A DNA stretch of 63,981 nt, counting the filler, from Mitosporidium daphniae (lineage: Eukaryota): the NCBI RefSeq assembly GCF_000760515.2. It is 10 parts of 10 records of this genome, joined end to end, with 100 filler letters (N's around TTAATTAATTAA, not from the genome) between each part and the next. Parts side by side here need not be neighbours in the genome. Positions count along the whole stretch, not along the records: positions 34,905 to 41,668 come from NW_013546639.1; positions 41,769 to 48,517 come from NW_013546638.1; 8 more parts are not named here. The stretch is one strand, 5' to 3'. The notes under the pieces were generated by a model that saw only the letters and a program-made list of their open reading frames with translations, was not told where the DNA came from and searched no databases. Shown piece by piece: positions 34,805 to 46,390 of the stretch (the stretch's first letter is position 1; the number at the start of each line of letters is the position of its first letter). The position numbers and the translations under genes were made by a program.

Positions 34805-34904
34805 NNNNNNNNNNNNNNNNNNNNNNNNNNNNNNNNNNNNNNNNNNNNTTAATTAATTAANNNNNNNNNNNNNNNNNNNNNNNNNNNNNNNNNNNNNNNN
34901 NNNN

Positions 34905-35269
34905 GTGTTTCAATTACATTAGATAAGACGGAGGCAATGCTCATCGCCAATGGTTTCTAAATAATCCTCACCCTTTCGATAGAAATTATACGCTCGCTTC
35001 AGTTGGTTGAAAAGAAATCCCTAGACGAAAAGTTTTCCTCCCTTGCGATGGAGAGATCCGACTGTTCGTCTGCTAAAAGGGGTGGCGACCTAGGATATTT
35101 CCGGATCAGCCAGATGCAAAGTAGAACTTATCTCCTTAATTCATAGAGCCATTTGAGGACGTTTCGTAAGCTTTTTTGGATGATGCATAGATTTTCGCTT
35201 GCCCGTGGCGAACTGTCTGGACCAGTCGAAACAGATTCCGGAGTTCATGTGATTCTAAGACTCGATTAA
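34905..35269 (+). CDS. ESS1: Parvulin PPIase Pin1/Ess1, C-terminal part
   Basis: Spliced via introns 34953-34982, 35121-35146 and 35166-35190: [53 protein letters not shown]. Confidence 0.92.
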
Positions 35270-35337
35270 ACTTTAGCTTTAAAAAGATTGAAAATTGCAT
35301 ACATGCCAATTTAAACATTTAATTTAATTTTACTCAA

Positions 35338-36709
35338 ATGGGTTCATGCTGCATGTCCAACAACAAATGCGTAAGTCTATTTTATTCATCCATCATCATT
35401 TACTTGATAGACTCTTTATTCTTATTCATGTTGTTCTTCCACAAATAAGATTATCATTACCGCCAAATATGCAGGCATTCCAGTTACCTCAGATGCCTCC
35501 TTTGTCTATGGAGAAACCAATATGACGTCCACCTTTAAGAGCAAGTTTCCCTTTGGAAAGGTTCCGGCCATGGATGCTCCAGAAGGTCCCATTTATCAAT
35601 CAACCGCAATTTGCACATATCTTGCTGAGTCAAGTACTGAAAAGGAGCGCCTTCTTGGTTCAACTCCTTACGAAAAGGCGCTTATTGCTCAGTATATGAG
35701 CTTGGCCGATAATGAATTTATGCCGCCTGTTCGTTCTTGGACTCTTCCTTTGTGTGGTTTTATGCCATATTCTGAGGAATTGGTTACAAAGGCACGTTCC
35801 GATTCGCTTTCCCTTCTTACCACGTTGGACAGTATCCTTTTGTCAAAAACCTTTCTTGTGGGAGAGCAGATTACTCTCGCAGACATTTGCCTGTCAACTA
35901 ACCTTTACGTGGCATTTTTGTATGTCATTGGTCCAGAGCTTCGCAAAAAGCTCCCAAATCTCACTCGCTGGTACTTGACTTGCTTTGCGCAGCCAGAGTT
36001 TCAATGTTCCGACAAGGCTCTATATACTGAAGATGACCTTCTTTGTAAAGAACCTCTTACGACACCAAAGCCCTGCATTTCAACGAAAAGCGAATGCTCA
36101 AAAGCTAACAAATCCTGTTCAGCAGCTAAATGCCCTGAGGCCAACAAATCCTGTTCAACAAAGGCGTGCCCAAAGCCTGCTGCTGTGAACCACGATGAAG
36201 AAGACGAAGAAGAAGCTGTGAAAGAAAAGCCCGTAAAAAATGCACTCGATGAACTCCCCCCTTCTTCGTTTGTCCTTGATGCCTGGAAGCGCTTTTATTC
36301 CAATAACGAGACCACACCCACAGCGATCGATTATTTCTGGAACAACTGGGATCCTAAGGGCTACTCCATGTACCGCTTAACGTATAAAGACAATGCCGAG
36401 CTGACAAAAATTTTCATGTCCTCGAATCTGATTGGTGGATTCTTTCAGCGCTTGGAGCACATGCGCAAGTATGCATTCGGCTCGATGTGTGTCTTTGGCG
36501 AAGAAAATAATAGCGAAATTTCGGGCATGTTTATCATTCGCGGCGGTCCAGAACTTCCAGAAATGTTCAAGGAAGTTCCAGACTTTGACTCGTATGTAGT
36601 GGAGCATGTTGATTCAAGCGATCCCGCTATTAGAGACGAATGGAATGCATATCTAGCATGGGAGGGAAACTTTAAGAAGCCCTTTGCTAATGGCAAGATC
36701 TTCAAGTGA
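35338..36709 (+). CDS. EEF1G: Translation elongation factor eEF1B gamma
   Basis: Exon 1 MGSCCMSNNKC, intron 35371-35410; GST-like N-domain (FPFGKVPA, TFLVGEQITLADI); EF1G domain (FVLDAWKRFYSN, FMSSNLIGGFFQRLE, GKIFK). Confidence 0.96.
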
Positions 36710-36870
36710 AATCAATTCAAGTATTTTATGCATTAAACGTTCGCAGTGAATAGCTTCTTTGGGTTGAAGAGCATGCTTAACAATAGCAGTTTAGGGTTTA
36801 TTTTAATTACCACCCACCTTGGACCCTGTTTTGGTCCAGTTTATCCCGTACCGGGCGTGTGGGCTCTGGG

Positions 36871-37795
36871 CTAGTGTCCCCTCCACGGGTAGCCTTTTAG
36901 CTGGGGATATGCAGGCATATCGAATTGTCTGGAAAACGGGTTTTCAAAGGCAATCTCAAAAAACAGCGGGCCACAGACAATTATACCGCCCTTGACCATA
37001 GAGTGATTTATAGCAGCTAAAATTTTGTCCCAGGCAGTTGGATTTGTGTAGGGGAATACGAAGGGCAAAATCAGCGTTGAAGATAGAGAATCGAGAACAA
37101 CGGGCAGCATGGCGCAGTAAATTTCAGTTCCCGAAATTTCCTGATCAACCTGCACAAGGAAAAGCTAGTAAAGTGGACAGCTTCGTCAGGAAAATGAGGG
37201 CCACTTCGATGATGTGTGTACTGAAGAAAAAAGTGGCATCAAGATTATTGAGGCAGACCATGGCGAAACAACGAGATCAATCAACGGTGCAGAAAACCAT
37301 GAAAAAAATGTGAGAACAGTCAACATCGGAATCTCCAATTTGAGCTCTAGAGGGATGGCGTTGTAAATTAAGTGTTTAGATCGGCATATGTTATCCAAAC
37401 CATACATGGATACCAGACTCGCAAGATAAAGGCTAAAAACAACACCGACACACGTAATATTTTCAATATGATCTCAATTGTGGCTGTGAAGAGCGAGAAC
37501 TTTGAAAGAACCAAAATATTGGGAGTAAGGACAAGTGGCCAGAATGAAATCGGCCAAGTGGTTCTGTGTGAGAGCACGCAGAGAAGCAGTAGTAAAATAT
37601 GAAAAATCAAGGAAGATAAAACCTCCTCGAAGGGAAGAAACAAAACTGGGCAATCGTCACGAGTAAAATGAATGTTCCAGCAGTCATTAAAATCAGGAGA
37701 CTAGTAAGTACATCTAAAAGTGAACTACCAAGGGAGGAAAGAGCCACATCTGGTAACATAAATTAGAATCCAAGTAAAAAGGCATCTGTGCCATC
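36871..37795 (-). CDS. Possible multi-exon hypothetical protein
   Basis: Chain of short minus-strand ORFs with candidate GT-AG introns; no motif recognised. Confidence 0.25.
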
Positions 37796-39166
37796 CTAGA
37801 CAGGCTCTTCTGCGATTCGTGTCAGACGGGTAATTATATCGGTGACTAGGATTGAAGCGGTGTTTTTGCAAATATATTTCAGAAGCCCATGTAGATTTTG
37901 AAATCTTGAACTTCAATTCAGATTGGGATTTTGGCCTTCAAGAGCTACGTTTAACAAAAAAAGACATACTAGTGAAATTCTTCCTCGCCTGCTCTAGAGG
38001 CAGGCAATATAAGAAGACGATCAGAGGGAAAGCTTTTCATTGCCTGAAAATCCAAAATATTTCATAGCTTATGAATGTATACTTGAGTTGAGTGGAGTTT
38101 CCCACCCCATTTGTATATCAGAGGAATTATCTGAAAAAAATGTGCGTTTATGAGAACTCAAAATGCCCGATAAAGCAATAATAGCAAGATTATCCATTGT
38201 TCCTGGTTACTTACGCTCCATTATTGTGTTTATCGACAGTAAATCCGGTGGAAGAGTAAAGATTTTGAAGGGGCAAAGCAAAAAATTAGCAGCAAAAGGT
38301 GGCATCGCTTTTTAGCCAATTAGCATCTGTGGTACATTTTCATGTATTTTCTAATGCAAAGGCACAGTCCCCACTCGGTTTAGTATAGGTTTTGCTGAAC
38401 CCTCAATTAAACTTTGCTAAATTTGAGCTACTCAGACAGAATAGCTGACCAGAATAGAGGTCTAGGCATTCTAAAAGAAAGGAATATAGGGACATGTGAA
38501 AGAATTGGAAATAATTCTAGGCATCCGAGTAAATTTTTATTGATGCCACACATAATTTTACGCATCGAAAACGGCTTGCCTCTGATCTAGTGAAATATTG
38601 GATTTCCTTAATGTTGCTGCAGAAATCGAGATTATGAACAGATTGTTCTTAAGGATAGACTTGGCATTTCGACGGCTATATTCAGCCTCAACTGTAAAAC
38701 GGACTATTTTCAAGCAACAAGGATACGCACGCCCCTTCATCCCAGAACACTTTTGACAGCTTAGGCGTAGATAGTATTTTTGATGCAACGGTTTACATTT
38801 AGGAGGTACTTTAAAGCCAAAAAACCCTGCTACTTCTATGCCAAGTACAGGTAAATCTATAGTTTGAACTTTTTTAATTAAGGGTTAAAATAACACTAGC
38901 ATAGCTGATGTCTTCTGCTGCTAAACAGTAGACCCCGGCCAATTGTGTTTATCCTTGATTGGCCTACGCCTTTTTTAAAAAAACTTAAATATATGCAACT
39001 AATTGAAAAATGAAATGCCAAAGTAGAACACGTTGTTAATTAAAGCTCCCAAATTTAATAAGCCATTTCAGTGGTGCTTAGCACTATATTTTGATTCGAT
39101 GCAAAATTTTCAGTGCAAAATAAGCTATAAAAACGCATCAAATTTTTCACAAAGCCTCTTGTCTCA

Positions 39167-41668
39167 ATGAACATCCAAAAATGTCTACTTCTCCTAACCC
39201 TTGTTTCAATTCTCGTTACCCACTCATTACAAAAACCTCAACAAAAAACTTCTATAAAAAAAACTAACCTAAAAACGTTCGATGTGAAGAAATTTCTAAA
39301 GCATATAAAAGGAACAAAAACCGAATGTGAAGATATAAAAGAAAAAATCAAAGATTTTGAGGAAAAAATTAACATAATGAAAAAAAAGATGAATAATAAA
39401 GACAGCTCCTCTCAAACTGGGTTGTCTAACGATATTGAAATTCTCGAAAAATACGTAAACTCCCTTAAGACCAGATTGGCCAAACTCGAACTAAACAATT
39501 CTAACTCTAACGGAAAATTTTTTAACCCCGACACGGAACAAAATTCTGGAAATTCTGGAAATTCTGGAGATTCTGGAGATCCTGGAAATCCTAGAAATTC
39601 TGGAAATTCTGGAAATCCTGGAAATTCTGGAAATCCTAGAAATTCTGGAGATTCTGGAGATTCTGGAGATTCTGGAGATTCTGGAGATTCTGGAGATTCT
39701 GGCAATCCTAGAAAGCCTCGAAATCCTAGAAATTCTGGAAATCCTGGAGATTCTAGAAATCCTGGAGATTCTGGAGATTCTGGAGATTCTGGAGATTCTG
39801 GAGATTCTGGAAATCCTGGAGATTCTGGCAATCCTAGAAAGCCTCGAAATCCTAGAAATTCTGGAAATTCTGGAAATCCTGGAGATTCTGGAGATTCTGG
39901 AAATTCTAGAAATCCTGGAGATTCTGGAGATTCTAGAAATCCTGGAGATTCTGGAGATTCTGGAAATCCTGGAGATTCTGGAAATCCTGGCAATCCTAGA
40001 AAGCCTCGAAATCCTAACCCTAAAATTTCTTCATCAAATCGGAAAAATATCTCTTCTAGTCTTTTTAGTTTGATTTGCAACATTTTGGCTGGAATTCATG
40101 TTCACTGCGTCTGCATTCACGTCTACAAACATCTGAAAAACATTGTTCAATGTGCTTTCCAGATTATTACGAATCTGTGCACCAATAAATTTGTGTGGAC
40201 TCTCATAGTAGTGGGGTTATTCTTTGTCTTCTTTGTGGCTGCCTATGACCCAGTTTTTTATGAAAGGTTCTTAAAGCCTATTTTTGGTGAGAAATTCTTA
40301 AAGCCTGATTTTGTTGAGAGGTTCTTAAAGCCTTTTTTTGATGAGAGGTTTTTAAAGCCTGTTTTTGATCTTCTCGCTAACCTTTTTCATTGGGCTATGG
40401 ATGTCTGTAAAATCCTTGATGCTGTTGTTTTTTGTTTATGTTTTTGTTTTCTGCTCTCCAATTTTAAAAGCTCAAACTCCGGTGTTTCTGTAGTTGTACC
40501 AAATACATTCAAAAATGTCAAGACAAACTTCGAAATTGTTACAAAAAATACGATTAAATTTTTTATATTTCGCATGGTTTTAATCGTCATTTTTGTTCTC
40601 TTTTCATCAAAATCTGGAATAGAGGATCTGTTAGTTTCGAGAACTCGAGAAATTTTAAAAGGTGAACGAATTCTACAAGGTCTACAAGCTATAGCAGCTT
40701 TAAAGGCTCTAGAAGCTCAAAAAAATCCATATGCTCAACAAGTTTTACAAATTTTGAATTTTATAGTTGCTAAAGGAGGTACTGCACCAGATATAGTAGT
40801 GGGTTTAAACCCTCTGATATTAAGACTCCTTTTAGAAGATGAAAGCGATCCAAAAGCTACACAAGCTGTAATAAAAACATCTGATTTCCTAAATCCACTA
40901 TTTGAACAAGCTCTAGAAACTGGAAAAATTTCAAAAGATCAAATAGCTAAAATGAAAGAAACAATTCAGGTATTCAAAAAATATGTCGAAATTCATGAAG
41001 AAAAAAAATCTCAGCAAAATCGAGATGCTTCAGACGTTTTAAAAAGCGAAAAAAATCTACAAGTTCTGCTATTTATGCGCCATTCAAAACCTATCAAAGA
41101 TTTAAAAGTTCTAGAAGCTTAACAAAATCAATATGCTTCAGAAATTTTAAAATTTCTGAAAAAAATGTTTTATCGATCCACTACGGTAGATCGTCCGGAT
41201 TTAGATGGTTTCATGAATGAACTGGAATTAAAAGGCCAAAGTGACTCAAAAGCTGTAATTGCTCTAATGAAACTCTATGCTTTCGCAATTCCAATATATG
41301 AAGAAGTTGCAGAAAATACATCATATCTAAATCTTGAGCTTAATGCCTTGGCGAAAATCGAAAAAATGAAAAACTATCAAAAAATGCATCAAGAACTCCA
41401 AAAAATCAATCCAGAAATCACTCAAGAAATCAATCAAGAACTCCAAAAAATCAATCAAAAAATCAAAGAAATCAATCCAAAATTCAAAAAACTCCATCAA
41501 AAAATCATAGAACTCGAAGAAATCAATCCAGAAATCAATCAAGAATTCCAAAAACTCCATCAAAAAATCAAAGAACTCGAAGAAATCAATCAAGAACTCC
41601 AAAAAATCAATCAAAAAATCAAAGAAATCAATCCAAAATTCAAAAAACTCCATCAAAAAATCAAAGAA
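39167..41668 (+). CDS. Secreted/membrane repeat protein (signal peptide, coiled coil, G-D/N-S/P repeats, TM segments, coiled-coil repeats) with one in-frame TAA at 41120-41122; 3'-truncated
   Basis: ORFs 39167-41122 and 41165-41668 share a frame; the sequence across the stop (LKVLEA*QNQYASEILKFL) aligns with an upstream internal repeat (LKALEAQKNPYAQQVLQIL). Confidence 0.7.
39540..40020 (+). repeat. 9-bp coding tandem repeat (GGAGATTCT/GGAAATTCT/GGAAATCCT/AGAAATCCT)
   Basis: About 50 tripeptide units GDS/GNS/GNP/RNS/RKP with higher-order blocks. Confidence 0.95.
40253..40370 (+). repeat. 27-bp coding repeat (F-x-E-R/K-FLKP-x, about 4 copies)
   Basis: FYERFLKPIFGEKFLKPDFVERFLKPFFDERFLKPVF. 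Confidence 0.8.
41385..41668 (+). repeat. A-rich coding repeat for coiled-coil heptads (QELQKINQKIKEINPKFKKLHQKI)
   Basis: Near-identical blocks recur and run into the contig end. Confidence 0.85.
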
Positions 41669-41768
41669 NNNNNNNNNNNNNNNNNNNNNNNNNNNNNNNN
41701 NNNNNNNNNNNNTTAATTAATTAANNNNNNNNNNNNNNNNNNNNNNNNNNNNNNNNNNNNNNNNNNNN

Positions 41769-43249
41769 AGAGTAGGGAGTTTGCTTATTTTTTCGTCATT
41801 ANATATAAACCACCTGTTGTCTCCACAATTAGGTCGCTTTGTTATGGTCATATCTATGTGCGATTAGCTTTATCAAGAGCATACAATGGCCCGAATGTAT
41901 GCTGTCTGTATTTCCTCGATGAGTGCATATTGAGGACAGCTCGTACACTTGGGGCTGCTTAAGTACATCCCAAGTGGACAAATCGATTTTTTTAGGGATC
42001 TCAATGAGACTTCTATTGGACTTTGCAATCCTGCCGTCATGCGAAAACCGTTTCAAATGAAAAATGAAGATTTTCGGAAACCGCGAAATAAGGAGCCTCT
42101 TGTATCCAAAAGAATCCTTTGTAGAATTGTTGCAAAATGTGGAGGAGCATGTCCATGTACGAGGCAGCTCTTCGACCTTGAAATATTCTTCAATGCAGTT
42201 GATCAAGGTGCAGTGGGTGTCTTGTAGATTTAACGAAATGATCACATTCGGGGTAAAGTGTAAGCTGGCTATTTTACAAAATGAGCATTCCAGAATTGTG
42301 ACAATGATGCTGTGAAAGATTTCAAAAACAGGGCTGCTTCGAAAACAGGAAATGGCTCGATCGGAAGACTGCAACTGAGCGACCATTGACTTACCGAAGC
42401 AATACCATCCAAACCGTCAAAGGTTGATATTCTAAATTCAGAATTGACGGACTTTTTTGTGGCGGAAAAGTCTACGTGCAGAGCATCCAAAAGCTCCAGC
42501 AAGACTTCATGAACGTCTTGTTGCCGGCCGTTTCCGAAATTCGGCCACTTTTTCCAGATGGATGCCTATATTTTAACGGGGGTTTCTACTTGTAGGGCAA
42601 ATACAGGGGACAGTACACTCGATTTTTCTGAACAAAGGAAATTTACAAACTGCGATGCTAGCGAGGATGGAAACTCGATTTCGGTCTCGTTTGGAAACCA
42701 AGCAAACCCCAACAGTGTTCTATCCACATTAGCACGAGCAATGTACTTTTTTTCTTTTGATTGCGTGTGGGCATCTCGGTGATACCAGATCTTGTTATTA
42801 AATTCGGAAAGGATAACTTCAGATGCAGACAATAACGACTGAAAAAGTGAATTTAAGTAGCAGTTATTGCGGATATTGGGTAATCCTCTAGGCGCCACTG
42901 GGCTACTACGTGAGTACGTGGCCTTTTTTGGAGTTTTAGCAGATGCATCTGGAGCTCCGTCACCGCCGCCACCAGCCTGATCATGAACATCGATAAAGGG
43001 ATCCAATAGATTTTTTTCGTTTTCAAGCTGTTCAGCACGATTAGTGGGCGCGATTGAATTGCCCGAAATGTCTGCTTTAATAGACGCTAGATGAATAGAT
43101 GCTATTTTTACAGACTACAAGAAAATTAGTACAAATCATCGGCGCACTTGTAGTAAATCTTGGAATGTAGAACAGCTTCTAAAAGAAAGGAACTCTGGAT
43201 GATTAGGAATAAATTTCAACGAAACGCTAATGGTGGTTATTGCGGCCAT
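41769..43249 (-). CDS. Ubiquitin-specific protease (peptidase C19), multi-exon, 3'-truncated
   Basis: Cys box GLPNIRNNCYLNSLFQSL; QQDVHEVLLELLDAL; FHLKRF; His box YELSSICTHRG..HSGH; start approximate. Confidence 0.9.
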
Positions 43250-43512
43250 GCTTACATTGAAAATCGGTAAAACAAAATAAAAGCATCGATCAATTGATTA
43301 GCGTTCATTTTTTCTGTGGCCTATCAAATAAGCAAACAAGCAATCGGGCACCGATGCAAACAGCTCCTTTGCGCTTTGAAATATGATCAAGAGCGACATT
43401 TTGGGTCTCCACTCGATTCCCTCCAACGCCTTTTTGACGAGATGAGAAATTTGGACGTTTTGCTCGTCCTCCAAATACATAAAGGGCACAAAAATTATTT
43501 TTAATTTTTCTC

Positions 43513-44607
43513 ATGAATCCATCAAAGCATTGTGTTCTCAATGCCATTTCGTTCTTTTTTGCCATGAAAAGCCAGGAGCAAACGCTCGAAATATCGGCCA
43601 AGACCATCGAGTCGCGAACCGTATTCATTTTGAGGGAAAAACACACACATGCTTTGCCTTTATCGCAACAGAAGCCGGATTTTATGTCCAAAAGCTGCCA
43701 ATACTGCCCAAATGAGGGCGACTTTTTAGATTCTACCGAAAAGCGACTGCATTTCCTGTCGCAATGGCATAAGACCAACGTCAAGCGATCATATTATGGG
43801 CTTTGTTCGCTTAAATATAGCGAATTTACTCTTCTCCCCGTAAAAGCGTTTCTTTTACAAAATGAGTCTCTTCCTTCTTTTCCACATCTCCCGATGCAGC
43901 AAGATGATTCTGAGGCCGATTTTGTCAATTTAAACTCTGACTCGTGGATTCGTTTTCTGAATTCGTTTGCATCAACACATGAAACCGTAAATCCACTATC
44001 GCAATTTCCGGAGCGCGTTTGTGTGCATCGTTCTTTGTTCAGCACTGAAAAGTGCGAAACAATCTCACAGGAGGTCATTGTAGCCACTGCAGACAAAATA
44101 TCCACGTATATCGACCTGGCTTTTACTTTTATTTACATAACGGCAGAAGAATAGTTCATCCGGGTGGTCAACTATTGCGTCAACCGTGGTGAAATTAAGC
44201 TAGTGTTTTCCAGGGAAAAGAGAACATACTCGTGCAGAAAAAAGCAAGGTGGCTCCCAGCTTCTGCGAGACAAAAAGGGGAAAATAGCCACGTCAGCAGG
44301 CTCCATGCTACGCAGAGAAAACGAACTGAGCTTGATCAGGGATGCCACATCGGATATCAAGTCCCTCAAAAAAGAGGTTGCCATGCAGAGCTATCGGCAT
44401 TTCATATACATCTCGAGCCATTTAAAACAATATATCAATCTTGATGAGCTTTTCGAAGGAAATCCCTGCTTTTGTGGCAGGAAATTTCCCTCTGACCTAC
44501 GGTCCTCAGATAGATATGACTCTGTAAATTTGATAGCAGACCTGATTGTGCTGGGCAATTGGGACAATAAAATAGCTTCCAACTACGACAAGGTTTTCAT
44601 AAATTAA
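43513..44607 (+). CDS. VMS1: Vms1/ANKZF1-like (C2H2 zinc finger + VLRF1) ribosome-rescue factor, short form
   Basis: CQYC...RLHFLSQWHKTNVKR; RKKQGGSQ...SAGSMLRRENE; in-frame TAG at 44152-44154 needs an intron; the real start may be the ATG near 43684. Confidence 0.8.
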
Positions 44608-44684
44608 GTTCATATTGCAAATCTTTTTTATCAGCCAATTTGATCAAAATATGTAAACAATGGCGTTTGAGTTTTTGATTCCTC

Positions 44685-46333
44685 ATGTCCAACCCACAGA
44701 TTTCGCTCCGCTCGCCAGCAGAGGAGCCAACAAATCAACCCCAAGACTCTGCTACCCACGGTGTTGCTGCCAACTTTTGCACATATGATGTTGTGGCGCA
44801 GGAGGCAGCCAAAATCGCCCTTAAAAATGCCACTCCAAGTGCCATTGACGAGCCAATGATTGGCTCGGTAGATGCTCAAACACTTGGCACTTCAACCATT
44901 TCTTCCGATCCCAATTCGATTCAACTTTCCGACCACACCGTCACAGAGTGCAGTCAGTCTACAGGGGCAGAAACCATTGATGATGTGGCCGATTGCGTTG
45001 CCACGGGATCCCTCCATCCGAAAAACAATTATTGCACTCAAATGCCAAAACTAGAATCTTCATCTGCAGATTCTTCTTTGTCAATTCATGTCTCCACGGC
45101 TAAGGAATCCTTGAAAAAAAATGATGCGGGATCATCGTCAATTGGCGTTTCTTCACGGCCACCATCGAAGAGTTCTGTTGTTTTTGCCATTTTATTTTAC
45201 TTGGTGACCTCGATTNCGATGGTCATTATTAACAAAATGGTGCTCAATGTGTTTGCTCTTCCCTTGACTCTGTTATGGATACAGCTTGCCTTTGCTGCAG
45301 TCCTACTGAAGCTGCTTGAGCTTACAAGGATATGTTCGCCTTTTGCCCCTCTTTCGATTGACATTTTAATTAGATTGGCGCCATTGATTCTTATCAACGT
45401 ACTCGGGCTTGCTATGAACACACTTTGCTTGCAATATTTAGATGCATCTTTATACCAAGTTGCCAGAGCACTGATACTTCCATTTACCGTGATCCTTTCT
45501 GCCATCATTTTGAAGCAGAAAAGCTCTATTCCGGTTTTGATTGCATGTGCCATCGTGTCTGGTGGCTTTTTGATCGGCATTTTCATCGAAAAAGATGTCC
45601 ACATTTCTACGCTTGGAGTAATATTTGGCATTGTCAGCTCATCGACTTCTGCTCTTCATTCCATTGTGATTAAAAAGTCGCTAAGGATAATTGATGGTGC
45701 CGTTGCTTTGGTATATTATAATAACTTACTGTCCGTTATTCTTCTATTTCCGTTAATATTTATTGAGACAAATGGCATAATTCAGTTGTTCACTGTGGCG
45801 AGCGTGTCCGCTGTCGCTACGCCGGGAATGTTTCTGATTGGCTCTGTTTTGGCAGTACGTTGTTTACATCAATGCTCACCATTAGGGCGTTTGCGGTCTT
45901 CTCATAAACCTTGCCGGGTTTTTGCAAATTAAGGTGACAAGGTAAACGACTTTTCCATTCTCATCCACCACATAGCCCGATAACACATACGCTGTCGTCG
46001 GCATCAAGAGGGATCATTCAAACCCTATTGGCCGTTTTAATCCTCGGCGAAATATTAACAACATCTCGTGTCATCAGTATCGCCATTACTATTATCGGAA
46101 CGATCTTGTACACTTGGATAAGGTCTAAGGAATGTAAAAAAGAAGAGGCTAAAGCCGCCAAGTCACAATCCTCGTTTTACAAGATACCACAGCAAATGGA
46201 CATTGAGGTCGGAAAAACGGAGAAAATCTATTCACGGCCCGACCAAATGACGGAAGGTAACATCCCCAAGTCTATTCATGGCCAAAACTTGCGGCTCTAC
46301 AAGCTACCCGCAAATACGATGGTTATGGCGTAA
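44685..46333 (+). CDS. Nucleotide-sugar transporter, GDP-fucose transporter (SLC35C1)-like
   Basis: FYLVTSIxMVIINKMVL, NTLCLQYLDASLYQVARALILPFTV, YYNNLLS, QIKVTSPITH; long disordered N-terminus. Confidence 0.85.
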
Positions 46334-46390
46334 CATAAAAATTGCAACAATAAAGGATTTCGTTAGTGTGCCCGCAGAAGAGGAAAAAAT

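Noticed and set aside
39540..40020. True collagen triple helix
   Set aside because: Gly periodicity is often broken by Arg and the tract is Asp/Ser-rich, so it is only called collagen-like in period
39412..40083. Antisense ORF of 223 aa (PESPES), likewise 41327-41656
   Set aside because: Shadow frames of the sense-strand repeats
41120..41122. Genome-wide TAA/TAG-to-Gln recoding (as in some aphelids and ciliates)
   Set aside because: ERD2 (TAG), ESS1 (TAA), AUH (TAG) and hexokinase (TAA) end at their expected C-termini, and poly-Q tracts use CAA/CAG only
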